A stretch of DNA of 64,000 nt from Xylographa opegraphella (taxonomy: Eukaryota). Positions 1-13,636 of the stretch are shown here, in pieces; positions within the stretch are counted from its first letter, which is position 1, and every line of letters starts with the position of its first letter. The position numbers were made by a program, and so were the translations under genes. The DNA is taken from NCBI GenBank assembly GCA_022813865.1, contig JALDZX010000003.1, forward strand, positions 434,001 to 498,000. Direction: 5' to 3'. The notes under the pieces are model-generated. The model worked only from the letters and a program-made list of their open reading frames with translations. It was not told the origin of the DNA and searched no databases.

Positions 1-192
1 AATGACACTTGGAAAGGTGCAGCGCAGTGGGCACGCGAGCCAGGGTTTGCGGCGACATCCGTGACACGGGAGGAGTACTTGGAGAAGGGGTCGGAGTACC
101 TCAAGGTATGGATTTGAGATGGCCCGATGAGCCCCGGCAGCCACTGATGCAATACTTAGGAACATAATCGAGGCAATCCTGCGGCAGTCTGA
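1..192 (+). CDS. ARP5: 3' end of actin-related protein Arp5 (INO80 complex), truncated by the window edge; exons 1-105 and 160-192
   Basis: Translates NDTWKGAAQWAREPGFAATSVTREEYLEKGSEYLK|EHNRGNPAAV*, matching the Arp5-type C-terminus. Intron 106-159 is GTATGG...CTGAT...TAG. Confidence 0.8.
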
Positions 193-1411
193 AGGCTCCG
201 CATAAAGTCCATGAAGAACAGAATCATTACGAAGCAAAGGGCCTGATTGCAGCGAGCTGTGACGAAAGGGATTACCTGTGAATGGTCTTCCGAAAGCATC
301 AGAACGGTGGCAAGTTCGGAGCGTGTGGGGGAGACAAGGTATTTTCCATCGTCGTTCCGAAACATGGTGATGCGTGAAACTGACCGACCGATGCACAGTT
401 TGCCTCCACCTGGTGTTTGTAGTCGTCCTTGGAAGAATGGCGCCTTCCAGAAGTGAGGAATTCTAGGCGGCCGCGTAGTTTGCGAACTATGGCTGTAAAG
501 AGGCCTGATGTGCTATAATCTTCAAGCGACCATCCTAAAATAGATATATGATGGTGTACTTCTCGTCAAAGATGTGGACAATTCCTCCGAGACCCTTGCT
601 TTCATAGCAATCACAGTAATACCTTGGTCCTAATATCATTCTATGGTCTTTTCTTCGTCTTCAGTTTTGCCTAGTTGCATACCGGCTTCAAGGTTGCCAA
701 AGCGATACGAGCCAGTGTGGTCGTTGCAATCCATCAGTAGCTTTCCCATTTGTCCCATGCCACTATTTTATCAAAGTTGTGGCAATTGCAACTGGGAGCG
801 TTCGAGGTAGCAACCAATTAAACACGAGGTCAGCTATTTGCAAGCATCATGACTAACCGGCGGACGCGGCGTGACCATTCGGAGGGGGCATCAGTCATCA
901 CTTCCGCGTATTTTAGCGGCGTCCAAAATATGTGTGTGTGGTTGCACTGCAGAGCGCGGATGTCGGCGCAACCATTCCACCGGCAAGGATCTTGGCCTGA
1001 GTGGGACTTAGCCTGCCTTTTTATGCTGTTTTATGCTGTTTTGTGCTAGCGCCGGATGGAATTTCGCATTTGCAACTACTTAGTCATCAATCAATCCTTC
1101 GGTCACCAAACCACGAAGGAAGGAGTCCTCGCAGTGTATATCGTCAGCAAACAGTCTCGAATAAGGCAGCTACTCGCCTGCCTTCTCCTCATCCGTTGTT
1201 ATTGCTCCTTCCTCGGTCGTATTCGTGGAGTTGTGGAGTCGAGCACCATTTCGGCCATTTCGCTGCCGGGCTCGCTTCCGTCGGCTGTCATAATCCACCG
1301 GCTCTGCCTTCGACCAAGATCAAAATTCCCCCCCGCCCACGAAAGCGTAGATCGACCACTCAGGAATTAGTCATCTCACCTGCTTCCTTTCCATCCCACC
1401 GACTCAACAGA

Positions 1412-2606
1412 ATGCACCCAGCTCTGGCCCCAGCGCAACACCACATCCTGCTTCCATCAGCTCAAGTAAGCCTGCCCCATGAATGGCCTTTGCCAATTTC
1501 ATTCGCCCCCCCCCCTCCCCTTCTCCCGCGCCTGCCCCCAACGTTCCTAGCTGACATGGCCGCTCAGGATAGTAATGCCACCGAGCAGGGTGAGTAATCA
1601 TGCGAGCGAGGCGCCCCTCAGTGTACCCCGTTCAAAGCATAAGTAACCGTGTGCCGCAAGTCCTTGTGCTGACATATCATTGATTAATGCCCAGTGCTGC
1701 GCGAGCACCTGTTGGCCCAAGTGCACTCTTCCCCAGCTCAGCAGCGGTCGCATGCTCTCGACGACGTGCGAGTCCATAGTCCGAACCAGCATATCCACAA
1801 CATCGACCCGGCCATCGCTGGTGGCACGGGCATGACGAGCAACAGCGCGGGCGAGAGCGGCGGCGACGAAATCGGCAGCGACGGCAAGAAAGGCGGGAAA
1901 CGCGAACTGTCGACCTCGAAGCGCGCCGCGCAGAATCGAGCAGCTCAGGTACGTATCACCAGTAATGCTTCCGATCCAGTCCCCAGTTGAGCTGCTGTCC
2001 TGTTGTGCGAAGGACCACCGCACCTGCGTCGCTTTTTCGTTGTTTTTGTGAGGTTGCGAATGACAAAGACACGCAAAGAAAGCCAGCCAGCTTACTAACA
2101 CCTGACTATTCACCCGGCTACAGCGAGCGTTCCGCCAGCGCAAAGAAGGCCACATCAAAAAACTGGAGGAGCAAGTGCGCGACTACAACCTGCTGAACGA
2201 GAACTACAAGGCCGTGCAGGCAGAGAACTACCAGCTACGCGACTACATCATCAACCTGCAGTCGCGCCTCATCGAGTCTCAGGGTGACTTCCCCCAACCG
2301 CCTAGCAACATCAACCTGCAAGAGCCGGTGGCGCGCTCCGTCGTGGCCGCTCACGACCACCTCCACCTCCAGCAGCAACAGCACCAGATCCCCGCTCCCA
2401 CCGCACCGATGGCCGGCTCGGCCATCAGCCAGCTGCAGGCCAGCGCTGCCCAGGTGGTGGCCGATCTGGGCAGCGCCGCCGCCAGGAGGAGGAGCGGACC
2501 CTTCGACTCGAGGACGACCCACGAAGTGCAGATGCACGACCGCACCGATCCCCAGCTCGCGGTGTCGGGGCAGGGCCAGCAGAACGCAACGCCAACGTTG
2601 GCGTAA
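1412..2606 (+). CDS. kapC: bZIP (AP-1/Yap-like) transcription factor, KapC type; exons approx. 1412-1465, 1568-1589, 1695-1948, 2124-2606
   Basis: MHPALAPAQ...SAQ|DSNATEQ|VLREHLL...NIDPAI...KRELSTSKRAAQNRAAQ|RAFRQRKEGHIKKLEEQV...QAENYQLRDYIINLQSRL. Canonical GT-AG introns with branch points, e.g. TACTAAC near 2093. Confidence 0.85.
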
Positions 2607-3374
2607 GCTATCGCTGTCGCCCCCGGGGTATGCCTTCTCTGGCCGCGAATAATGACTTTTGTCCATGATTCAGCATCCCGCATAGCGAGACTGGCAGCTT
2701 TGGACCTCTGCACCGGTGTACGGCTTGGTATCGGAGGTTTTTTTCCATTTGTTTTTTTTCACCCTCTTCTTGTTGGATGATGAGTGTGATGGATGACCGG
2801 CGACGAGGTGGGTTGGCGATGTGATGATGGCTTTCAATAAGGACGTGTGATGCGAAGGGGATGCGGGGGGGGGGACAGAAGGCGGGAAATGGGGTTTGGC
2901 CAAAAAGGGAGGTGTGCTGTCCCCGACTACGATTTGCATGGCGTTGGCTGAGCGTATTTCGCGTGGGCAGTCACTCGTTCGGGCCCCCACGCTGCTGTAT
3001 ATAATCTCTTCTTGCTGCGGGTCGAGGACGAATTTGGGTCGGAAGGTTACGTTGCTGGAATAAATACATAGTGTCTTTGATGGACCTCCCGCCGTGATCA
3101 TGGGTCATCATGCCGCTTGTCGCCAGTGGCTCTCGCGCGTTTATCACTGGGAACGGATGCGAGATGCGTGTAATGCACGACCAACTCAACTGCAACTACT
3201 GGCATTATCAGCCGTCCTATTCCGTTTATTCGGACCAAGCCAGACGAAAAGCACCGCCGATAAAGCTCAAGTACACCTTCTCGTATCACAACCCACATTC
3301 CCATGAAAGATCATACCCGCCCTCCCCCACCCTTCCAACCATCATAGTCCCTCTCCCCCTCACAGACCTTACGC

Positions 3375-5215
3375 CTACCCCTCCGCCTCCACCTCCCCCG
3401 CCTCCGCAGCCAACATGCCAAACTGCCCACCCGCACCCGCCCACACGAGCCTCCTCCCGCTGACAGCCGAATTCGCAATGCGCGTCGTGACAGGCACGTC
3501 GTCGATGGTGCCCAAGCCAGTCTGATAGTTAGCGGAGAAGCCCCAGGCGAAAGCGGCGCCGCGCGCATTGACGACGATGCTGGTGTCCGTCCCGGCCGCG
3601 GCGTCGGCGCCTGCAGGATGCGCGGCCGGCCGTGCTTGTCGCGCACGAGGGCCGCAGCCGGCATGGTGGCGACGGCGATGCCGCACTGCGCGCCGTCCAT
3701 GCGGCCCCAGACGAGGCACTCGCCCTGCGCGGTGACGGCGATACTGTGGTGCGCGTCGCCGTCGCCGGCGACGATGCGCTTGCCCGTGAGGGCAGGCACG
3801 GGCCTGGGTTTGCGCACAAAGGCGGCGTCGTCGCCGGCGCCGTCGGCGAGGCCCGTTTGCCCGTAGCTGTTGAGGCCCCAGGCGTACAGGTCGCCGGCGC
3901 GCGAGAGCGCGAAGGAGTGGTACGCGCCGTAGCCGACGCCGACGATGGTGCGGTTCCGCGGCAGGCCGAACTCGCGCGGGATGAGGCCTTGGAGGCGGGC
4001 GATGGGCTTGATGCGGCGGCCGAGCTGGTGCTGCTCGCCAGAGCCCCAGGCCCGCACGCCGCCGGAGGTCGAGAGCGCGAGCGTGTGGTTGTCGCCGCAG
4101 CAGACGTGCGTGACGGCCTTGAGGCCGGGGAGCTGGATGAGTGTGGGCTGGATGGGGATGGTGGGTGTGAAGCCGAGGACGCCGTCATTGCACTGTTGGA
4201 CGTGAGGGGTTAGTAGTAGAGCGGCATAGGAAATGGGGGAAGGGGAGACGTACTCGGAAGGTGCCGCAGCCGTAGACGAGCCCGTCATCAGTGACGGCTA
4301 GGGTGATGCTGTCGCCTGCGGCGACTTGCGTAAAAATCGTGCCAGAATGGACGTTCTCGAGGGAGACCTCGGTAGGGGTGGACTCGCGCGGGTTGATGCC
4401 GTTATCGTCGTCGTCGTCGCTGTCGGCGTCGATGTCGCGCATCTTTTCTTCGTGGCTAGTATCTCTGCCGAGCGCTCCCTAGTCGTTCACGCCCCAGGTC
4501 AGAATCTTATTGTCGTGCGTCAGGGCGACGGCGTGCATGCCGCCCATCGCGAGCTGGACGACCCCCACATCCACGGCGGAAAGCTTTGGGTTAAGACGGG
4601 GGCGTTTGACGTCGATCACGCTGCCGGTACTACCGAGGCCGAGTTCTCCGCTGGAGCCTTCGCCAAAGACAAAGACGTCAAGCCTTTGAGTGGGAGCTTC
4701 GTTGATCACGACCCTGGTCTCGAAGGTTTTCTTCGGCCTGCCACGGGGTCGCTTGATCGGGGGCGGGTTTTCTTCATCTTTTTTCTTGCGCTTGATCCCA
4801 TTTGGGTCGTTAACGCTTCGAGACGAGGTGGTGCCTGTTGCGGCCTTGGTTGGCGTTTTTGTAGTGGTCTTGTCAGTAGGCTTTGCGGCTACCTTTGTAC
4901 TAGACCTGGTAACAGGTTTTCTGGGCACGGCTTTTGGTCGTCCGACAGTGGTCGTGGCGGAAGCACTAGTTGCGTTTGTGGCAACGTTGGTATTATCGGT
5001 AGCGGAAATCCCTCGGGGCTCTACTTTTCCTGGCTATTTGCGAGTTTCAGTCAAGTTATAAGCAGTTTAAGTGGTACATCTTGGGCCAAGCTCACGTTCC
5101 ACTTCAAGAGAATCGACGACTCCTGCGACCCCCTCATCTTTCTCAGCCTTGATGAGCGTCTTCTCACGCTCGCTGAGCCTCTCGCGAGGAATTGCCGCTT
5201 TGCCATCCGAATCAT
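3375..5215 (-). pseudogene. RCC1/Pim1-like (RanGEF beta-propeller) gene, apparently disabled; 5' end uncertain
   Basis: RCC1 repeats FVFGEGSSGELGLG, GGMHAVALT, WGSGEQHQLGR, WGLNSYGQTG, WGFSANYQTGLG, WAGAGGQF. In-frame TAG at 4479-4481 (TWGVND*GALGRDT) and a frameshift near 3600. Confidence 0.8.
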
Positions 5216-5919
5216 GTTGCTTCTCGTCCTGTGTAAGCCAGAAAGGATAGCGTGATATTGCGGCCGCGGTTGCACGAAATGGGAATAGTCTCAGGCGCGG
5301 ATACAGTGGACAGGAGCACACGCGGCTGGCGATTTCCATACCCGAAGTTTTGAAAGTTCAACCATGATGCTTCAGATATACTTCAGATGCACGCGAGTAG
5401 AACAGCTACTCGGAATGAGTAGGCAGTTTGCAAGGATCGCCGAGTCTCTGTGTCGCGGACAATGAAAGATTTCGTCAGAAGACGAGAGAAGCTGCGAACG
5501 ATGTAAAGATTACATGCAAAACAGAAGTATTCGAGAACAAGAAGGGCATAGATGTGGATCGGGATGACATTGGCAGGGTCGAGTATGCATTGTGATAATA
5601 GAACAATAGAACTGCAGGCCGTTTCCGTACAGGATCAATGAGACCCCAATAGGCAATCAAGCAAGCTTCATTCACAAGCAGAGACATCAATAAACAGTGT
5701 CAGCTTGATTCATATCGTTGAGCAACTCCAATGGATATAATAACGTTTCCAATATGCTAATACTTAGTTCAAACCTGGAGATTTTAGTCTTTACATATGC
5801 AGTTCAGGTAGCCTCTACACAGGACTAGTGCCACTTGTCTGCAACAATAATACTCAAAATCTGATTCTATTGTGATATCTACAGTGTAACGCTAACCTCT
5901 CTCCACTTCTTCAAAAAGT

Positions 5920-8900
5920 CTACCCCTTTTTGCTGTCGTCTATTGCTCTCGGTACGGCGGGTATCTCCACCGCCTCGACTTTCCATTGGAGTCCAATATA
6001 CGAATCGCTCACCCCCCAGACATCAAGTCTTCGCTCCCCGTCGCTCTCTGGCAGCTTAATGGCAGCTCTCGCCGTAGCCTTGCTCGCGGATCCTCCTTTT
6101 CCGACGTGTCTACCCTGGGCAACATTTGTAGACCACATAACGCGCTTCAAGGCCACAATTTCGTCCTTCACACCATCCGCTACCACAACGAAAAATCCTT
6201 CCGATTGAGGTTTTGGGTATTTTGGCGCATAGATCTTGAAGTCCGCGCTGACGGGTGGATTGAGACGTACAAGATTGACGGCCAGACCAAGCGCATTGAC
6301 ATTCGAAACGTCAACCTTGACGTGTGGGAGGCAGCTTATAGATTTGACAAAATGTGCCTGAGCATGAGAGGGAAGCGCAAGATTGTTCAGAAGCCTGTCT
6401 AGCCCATCTCTCGAACCTGCGAGTGCTTCTGCGACATCCGCAAGAGCGGGGAGCTTCGGGGTTTGGTTTTCCTCCCCGTCGGGTGCGATACCAGGGAAAA
6501 GTGAAAGACCGCCGTCATCTGGCCATCGTGCAGACTTGATACATTGGAGCAGAGTGATCATCATGATACAGCTGGAGAGATAACCGAGTTCCGTCAAGAC
6601 ATCGATGGAGGCTTGTATTATCCGAATACTCTGATCCAAGACTGAGTTCTGGTCTCCCACATAATCGCTGATAGGTAGTTCTATACGTGACATGTATGCT
6701 TGCAAGAGCAGAAACGCCTTCACATGCGGATCCCACATAGGCATATCCCCCATGGTCTCCGCTTTCAGTGGCAGGTTTAATGATAGCTGTGCATTGATTA
6801 GGTCCTCGTTATGACGAACAGGAAGTTCATCGAACTCGGTTGCTCCGCACATCCAAGATAGCACGTCCGCAAAAGATGCATGCGGCTTGGCGTGTGCGAT
6901 AAGGTGACGAATGGTGATGTGCGACAGATAGTAGTATGACATGATCTTACCGAGAGAAGTAGAATCCACGTCGCCATTGGAGTGTAGAGTTATGCAGCTT
7001 GAGTCTGCGAGAGATTCGAGTGACTTGTCTACTATGTTTATCATATAGTCATTCGCGAGGGCCTGTGCCGCAATAGTGTTATGTTCTTCGGCCGTTATTT
7101 CAAGGCCATAATAAGACGGATTCTTGTGCAACCTCCGGAAGAAAAATGTCCAAGTCAGGTAATCAAGAGCGTCTTGTTTTGTACCGATCGTCCCGGCTGA
7201 AACTTCGGCGCCCAGATGGTTGTCGAGAACATTATGGAGGGATGATTCAACGGGAAAGCCGGTATGTAAGAAGTGCTTGTAAAAAGCCTTTTTAGCATCT
7301 TGGGTGAAAATACGTGCTATACCTGACGTATCAAACTGAGGTCGTCCTGCCCGCCCAAGCATCTGCAAGACATCCGTGAGGTCCATGTCTTTGTACCCTC
7401 CGATTTTGGCGTCGAAGAACTGGGTTCCCTTAACTACTACCAGATGGGCGGGCAAATTCACACCCCATGCAAGTGTACTTGTTGCAACCAAAATCTGGAT
7501 CTTGTTGTTGGCAAAAAGTTCTTCGGCAAGCTGTCTATCAGACTCAACTAAACCGGCGTGATGAAGGCCAATGCCGAAGCTCAAAGCTTCACGTAAAGCT
7601 TCGTCCTTGACCCGCGCCAGATTGAGCTGAAGGTCATCTTCAGACATGCGTACGAATCGACGAGGATTATCCTCCATGCCACAGAAGTTGATAAGGTCCT
7701 TTGCGGTCAGTCGTGTCTGTCTTCTAGACGCCACAAAAACGATCACCGGTTTTTCCGGCGAATGAGTTTTGATAGCCAAGAATGTTGGACGATTCATGGA
7801 CTGCATCAAGGGACAAAACCCTCGCTGCTCTGGAAATCCATCGATAAAAATCTCCAGAGGGACCGGTCGTACGGAGTGACGGAAGTTGAATAAACCTTGC
7901 TTGACACCAAGCCAATTTCCGAGATCCATCGCGTTTGCGCATGCTGTCGACATACCCACAAGTCTGACCGAGCCTTTCGATTGCGAGGCAATATAATTCA
8001 TCCTTGAGACAATGATCTCCAGAATTGGTCCACGATCGCCTCCCAGTAAGTGAATTTCATCGATGATAACCAGGCTGACTTGTCGCACATAACCTCTGGT
8101 TTGCCAGCTACGGCTTATACCGTCCCACTTTTCTGGAGTGGTAATAATGATATCTGCATCTCTTATCGTTCGTGTATCAGGAGTATTGTCACCGGTCAAT
8201 TCGACAAGCTTGAGTCCCATCTGTTGGGTCAATCTCTTTCGCCAATCCTGGACTCGCTCCCGCACAAGAGCCTTCATGGGTGCGATGTATACGACCTTTG
8301 ATCCAGGCTTCTCGCGGAAAGCCCACCACATAGCTAATTCTGCTGCGACTGTTTTACCACTGCCTGTCGGAGATCCCAGCAAGACATTTGCTGAAGTATG
8401 ATATAATGTGTGGAATATCTGGGTCTGCATAGGATTGAAGAAATGAAATCGATGACCATAAATCTCTTCGAGCATCGGATTTTTAAGCGCAGTAATAGGA
8501 AGAGGCTGCAGATCGAGTAAGTCTGTGTATACACTCTCCGTATCAGGTCTAATGAGGTGTTGGAATGAAACGGGTGTGACTGTCTCAGCGCCGAGCCAGC
8601 GGTCAGAAACAGCTCGTACATATATTTGTGTAGGTAGTGGGTCTGTGAGTGGAATTGTGAAATTTAATTCATGATCATCATATAGCTTTTTACGGCTCAA
8701 TATGAAGTACTCATGGTGGTAGATTTCGGATGTTTCAGAATTCTCTACCCATATCCAATACGACTCTGAAGTCCCGTTGTGCCGATCGTTCCAGCGGAAA
8801 TCTGGAGTAAGGAATAGGTGTATGCGGAGTACATCTCGGTTCAACGGTGCCATATCGGCCTCGACGGTTAATGTCGGGAAGTTGTCCAAAAGCTTGGATA

Positions 8901-11900
8901 TTGTCCTTCCCATACCGTTATTGTGGACCAGTTGTCCAATTTCTGCCGGTTCCATGTCTCTCAGTGACTCGATCGAAGATACCCCAGACTTCTCGTCTAG
9001 ATTCTTGAGAATCGGTTGCGGAAGATCAAATTGATGAAATGGATGCTGGAATGGCCAAACTTGCTTCTCGATCGACTTGCACAACGATAGCAACACCAAA
9101 CATTGATGTCCCCATCTTCTATTCAAGGCTATCATGAATAATGCCCTACATATCCTAGATGCATTCTGAGCGACATACGCAGAATCCGAAACCAATGCAA
9201 AGTCTTCCAGACGAGCTCGAGATATGTAAGACTGAAGTAGAATGTTCGTCTTCACGTGTGAGACGTCAATACCACCTTCAACCTGACATTGCGCTGCTTC
9301 TTCCTTCAGTCTCGATAGCTCCTTTGACTCATTGTCTCTTGATTGAATGTTGTCGAACTCCCCACTCATACTAATCATCTTCAGCACATCTGCTTCAGTA
9401 GCTTGTGGACGCATCATAGTGTTAAAAATCTCGATACTCGTCTGCAGAACATAATACTGGCTAGCGATTCTGCCAACATCTTTGGCACGGAGCTCTTCTG
9501 TCGTTTCGTTAAATATGATCATCTGGCTCTTCTGTAAAACACGAGCAGCATTTATAACAAGTGCTCGCCGCCTCTGTACGAGCTGTGGATCATCACGTAT
9601 CTCAGACCAATCGATACCATAGGTCAATGGGCTGCGTTGCATTCGGACAAACAGATATGAGTAACCTACCCATTGAACTGCTTCTGGAATGGAAGTAACA
9701 GTGCCGAGTGAGATCTCAGCGTTGAGATTATCAACCAGCTTCCTCGAGAATTTCGACTCTATAGGCTGCTGTTGAGTTACAGCGGAAAGATAGTGTGGAA
9801 GCTTGTCATGGGTAGTACAAATAAAGCCAATACCAGTTGCTTGAAATTGTGGTCGACCTGCTCGACCAAATATTTGCAGCACATCTAGAATCCCGAGGTC
9901 GACGAATTTGCCTTCCTGTGCACTGTATAATTGAGTACCTTTGATAATGACCGCCGCTGCTGGCAAATTGACTCCCCATGCGAGAGTGGCTGTACAGCAT
10001 AACACATTAATATGACCTTGAGCAAAGAGCTGTTCCACTTTGTTTCGATCTGAACGTGGCATACCAGCATGGTGAGTGCCGAACCCTTTAGGGACCAATT
10101 CTTTTACTTCACGGCCTTTGGCTGTCTTCAAATCTCGTATAGCATTAGGATACCCCTCAACTTCACGACAGTCGAAGAGATCTGAGCAATCTTGGTCCGC
10201 GGCCATGGAGATGAATGTTTTCGCAGTGGTCACAGTGTCCTTTCTGGAATGGACGAAGACCATGACTTGGTGCCCAAGCTCCAACATTTCCCTGACTTTC
10301 TCGAAAGCTGTCTGGTCTATGTTATCACGAGAAGTTCTTGAACCTGGCTTGCCCTTCACGCCAATGAAATGCTGTTCAAGTGGTACCGGCCTAAAAGAGG
10401 CATCGAAATAGAAAAGCCCAGCCATCCGGTTCACCTTGAGGAAGTCTGCCACGTCAACATAATTCGGTAAAGTCGCAGATAGGCCAACGATTCGAATCAG
10501 AGACTGCGTGCTTTCAACCTGCCTCTCAGTTCGAGCCACGAGTGACTCAATGACCGCACCTCGTTCGTCGTGTAGCATATGTACTTCATCTATGATGAGC
10601 AACCGGACTTTTTGAACTAGCTCGGTATCACCAGTACTTTTCCGGGTTACGACATCCCATTTTTCGGGAGTAGTGACAATAATCTGTGTTTGTACGATTT
10701 CCTTCTTCGTCAAATGCATGTCTCCTGTAAACTCTCGCACTTGTATACCGAGCCAAGCGAGACGTTTACCAAGCTTTTCAGTTATCTCGGCGGCTAGTGC
10801 CTTCATTGGAGCAACATAGACAATCTTGAAATCTTCTGTCTGGACTGTAAAATCTGTAGCCTGCGGTTCTTCCCATGGATTCGGTGTCAAATTGTGCCCG
10901 ATAGCATTCAATATTGCTAACATAGCTGCGTCTGTCTTACCAGCGCCGGTTGGAGCACATATCAACATATTTTCACTCGTCCTATAGGCAACGGGATACA
11001 CCAAACTTTGCATTCGATTGAGGGACTTGTACCCTTTGAAGGTCCTCTTACATAGTCCATCCATCTCTGCAATCTCCACGAGCTTTCTTCCAACACCAAT
11101 AGTCCCGACTTCGGCAGCAGGGATAGAATACTCTTCGTACTTCTGGTGCTCCGTACGTTCACTGCCTACAGGTAAGCCGTATGGCTTTCCCGCGACAGAC
11201 AACGTATTGCCTGCATTGTGAGCTTTATATATGTGAGGATATTGAGGGCCATCCCGGTTAAGGGCAGGTCCCAAGGTAGTAGTCTTATGTTCGAAATCTT
11301 GCTGTCTGAGCGCTTCCTCTCGCTGCTTTTTGGTTTGTAGACGATCCAGCACATCGCCGTTTTGATTTACTCTTTTAGTAGTAGAAGAAAGAATTTCTTT
11401 GCGGTTAGCCATCAGTTCGATAACAAAGTCCAAATCATCATATCCGACGATCTCTGCCAGAGACATTTGTAATTCATTTTCTATTTTTGCTATCAGTGAT
11501 GTTCCATATCAGCGATAGGTAAGGCATACCATTACTATCTGAAGCTAGCATAGCCAGAATCTGTCCCTGAAGCTCCTGGGCATCAAGACCAGATTTCTGA
11601 CTGGCCAGACTCGTCGTTCTCGTCCCTAACCACTCAAGCCCTCGACTAACGCCATCGATATGACCGTTAAGGTAAGGTTCTTCGGCCTCATCCAGCAAGT
11701 CACTGCTATACCCATCGTCTTCGTCTTCACTGAGAATATCCCAAATATCATCACTGCCACTTCCTCCAGTAAGATCATCGTCTACAAATAGATCTTGTCC
11801 ATAACTTGGGGCTATACTGCTATTCTTGTCCAACTTGAGCTCTGCAATAGCTTGCCGCATACCTGCTAGCTGAGCAAGCCATTGCGATTGTGCTGTTGCC

Positions 11901-11914
11901 ATTCCTGGGGACAT
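5920..11914 (-). CDS. SLH1: Ski2-like tandem-cassette RNA helicase Slh1/Mug81/ASCC3 (ribosome quality control); intron 11481-11529
   Basis: Two helicase cassettes (APTGAGKT/DEVH and SPTGSGKT/DEIH), each followed by a Sec63-like region. The 1848-aa ORF joins the upstream exon in frame via GTATGC...TAG. Confidence 0.93.
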
Positions 11915-12342
11915 AGCCTCCCGGATTGTGCTGGGCAAGGAAAACTCTTTCTAAGTTTCTTGATGATATGGGCCAAAAGACTTGAGTCGTTGACCTAGCC
12001 CATAGCACCCTGTTCACTTGTATTTGGGCGTATGCTCTAATACAAAACAGATTCGTGATTCGTCCTACAAAAGTCAACATTAATGATGTGGCGATGTTGC
12101 AATCGATACGCCTTAGCGTGAGTGTTTTCACGCCGCTTATGATGGCGATTAGATTAGCGAGAACAAAGGCGGCAAATTGTTGTACATGGGCGAGAATAAG
12201 GTGATTTGCATAACCTAATCCCCGATCGCAGGCACGAGGTCTACATATTATTGTCATAGTAGTCCCTATTCAAAACCGCTTTCGATTGCCCAACCAAAAG
12301 ACACAAGCTTGATCTCTTGCGCGATTATTCTAGACTATCGAC

Positions 12343-13217
12343 ATGAAGATCTACTACATCGGCGTTCGCAAGCCTCCTTCAGTACAGTCTGAAATGTCGC
12401 TGATGCCTGTATTCAGATACTCAAGAACGAGGAGAAGCCGGCGCATGAGTTGGCCGTTGAGAAGGATCTCACCAGCTATTCCAGGTTCACAAGGAGCAAG
12501 TGTGCCGCCCACAAGCCCTCTCCCTCTTGCCGTCATCGCTCTCCGCTGACACGCTTCCTCTCACACAGCTATGGCGAATTTATGACCCTCTTCAGCAAAA
12601 CAGTTGCCGAGCGGACGAAACCAGGGCAACGGCAAGACATAGAAGAGCAAGGTAAAGAACATTTGCCTTCAAACCTCCTCGCAAAGCCTTTACCACGCAG
12701 TCTCCGTTCCTTTCCTTCATCTCCACACATACTCTATTGCTAATTTCCTGCTGTAGCCTACACCTTCCATGCCTATGGCCGTACGGAAGGAATCGCCGGC
12801 ATCATCATCTCGGATCAAGACTATCCCGCGCTTGTGGCACATCAGTTACTGTCCAAGGTGGTGGATGAGTTCCTCTCAAAACACCCTCGGAGCTCCTTCG
12901 CCTCATCCAATCCGTCCCCGCTGCCTTTCCCGGAGCTCAAGGACTATATTGTTAAGTATCAAGACCCTCAGCAGGCGGACAGCATCATGAAGATTCAGAA
13001 GGAACTGGACGAAACGAAGATTGTGCTGCACAAAACTATTGAGAGCGTGTTGGAGCGTGGAGAGAAGATCGATACATTGGTCAACAAGAGTAATGATTTG
13101 AGTAGCCAAAGCAAGGCAAGTTTCTTGGCAATTAATGCAGTATGAGGTTTGCTGATAATCATGTAGGCGTTTTACACGCAAGCCAAGAAGCAAAATAGCT
13201 GTTGTGTGGTTATGTAG
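12343..13217 (+). CDS. YKT6: R-SNARE Ykt6 (5 exons; last intron GC-AG)
   Basis: MKIYYIG..., longin domain, ADSIMKIQKELDETKIVLHKTIESVLERGEKID, C-terminal FYTQAKKQNSCCVVM (CCAAX). Confidence 0.95.
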
Positions 13218-13636
13218 ACAGGCCAGCAAGTTCGACCATTTTGGAAGCGGATTGGCACTTTACAACCATACATCTTTCGTAGGGCAGAGTGAGATGGAAG
13301 AGTTTTCTTGTATAGGGCGTTTTTCAGCGTACTCGTTGGTGTTCCTATAGTATGCATTGGCGGCGCCCTTACTATCGTATTCGGGAGTCCTGGTTATGGT
13401 TTCATACCTGATCTTCAAAGTGGCAACTTTGCTCTTCACTATATGGCGAAGGCTCTTCAAACAGAGGAAGATAATGACAAGTCATGACAGTATTGTGCAT
13501 CTAAAGCCTACTTACCAATTATGTCCAATAACCACTTCACACTCGTAAGGTCTGCAATATGATATATACAACGCGGATGGGACCGAAACGCTCTGGGCAT
13601 TCCTATACCATATACAAGAAATACATGAACATTCCC

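Noticed and set aside
4479..4481. A-to-I editing (UAG>UGG) rescue of the RCC1 stop
   Set aside because: Trp is not the expected residue there, and a downstream frameshift would still inactivate the protein.
3529..5255. Long alternative-frame and antisense ORFs over GC-rich genes (also 36047-36643 and 38296-39123)
   Set aside because: Shadow ORFs caused by high GC3 in the real genes; no recognisable motifs.
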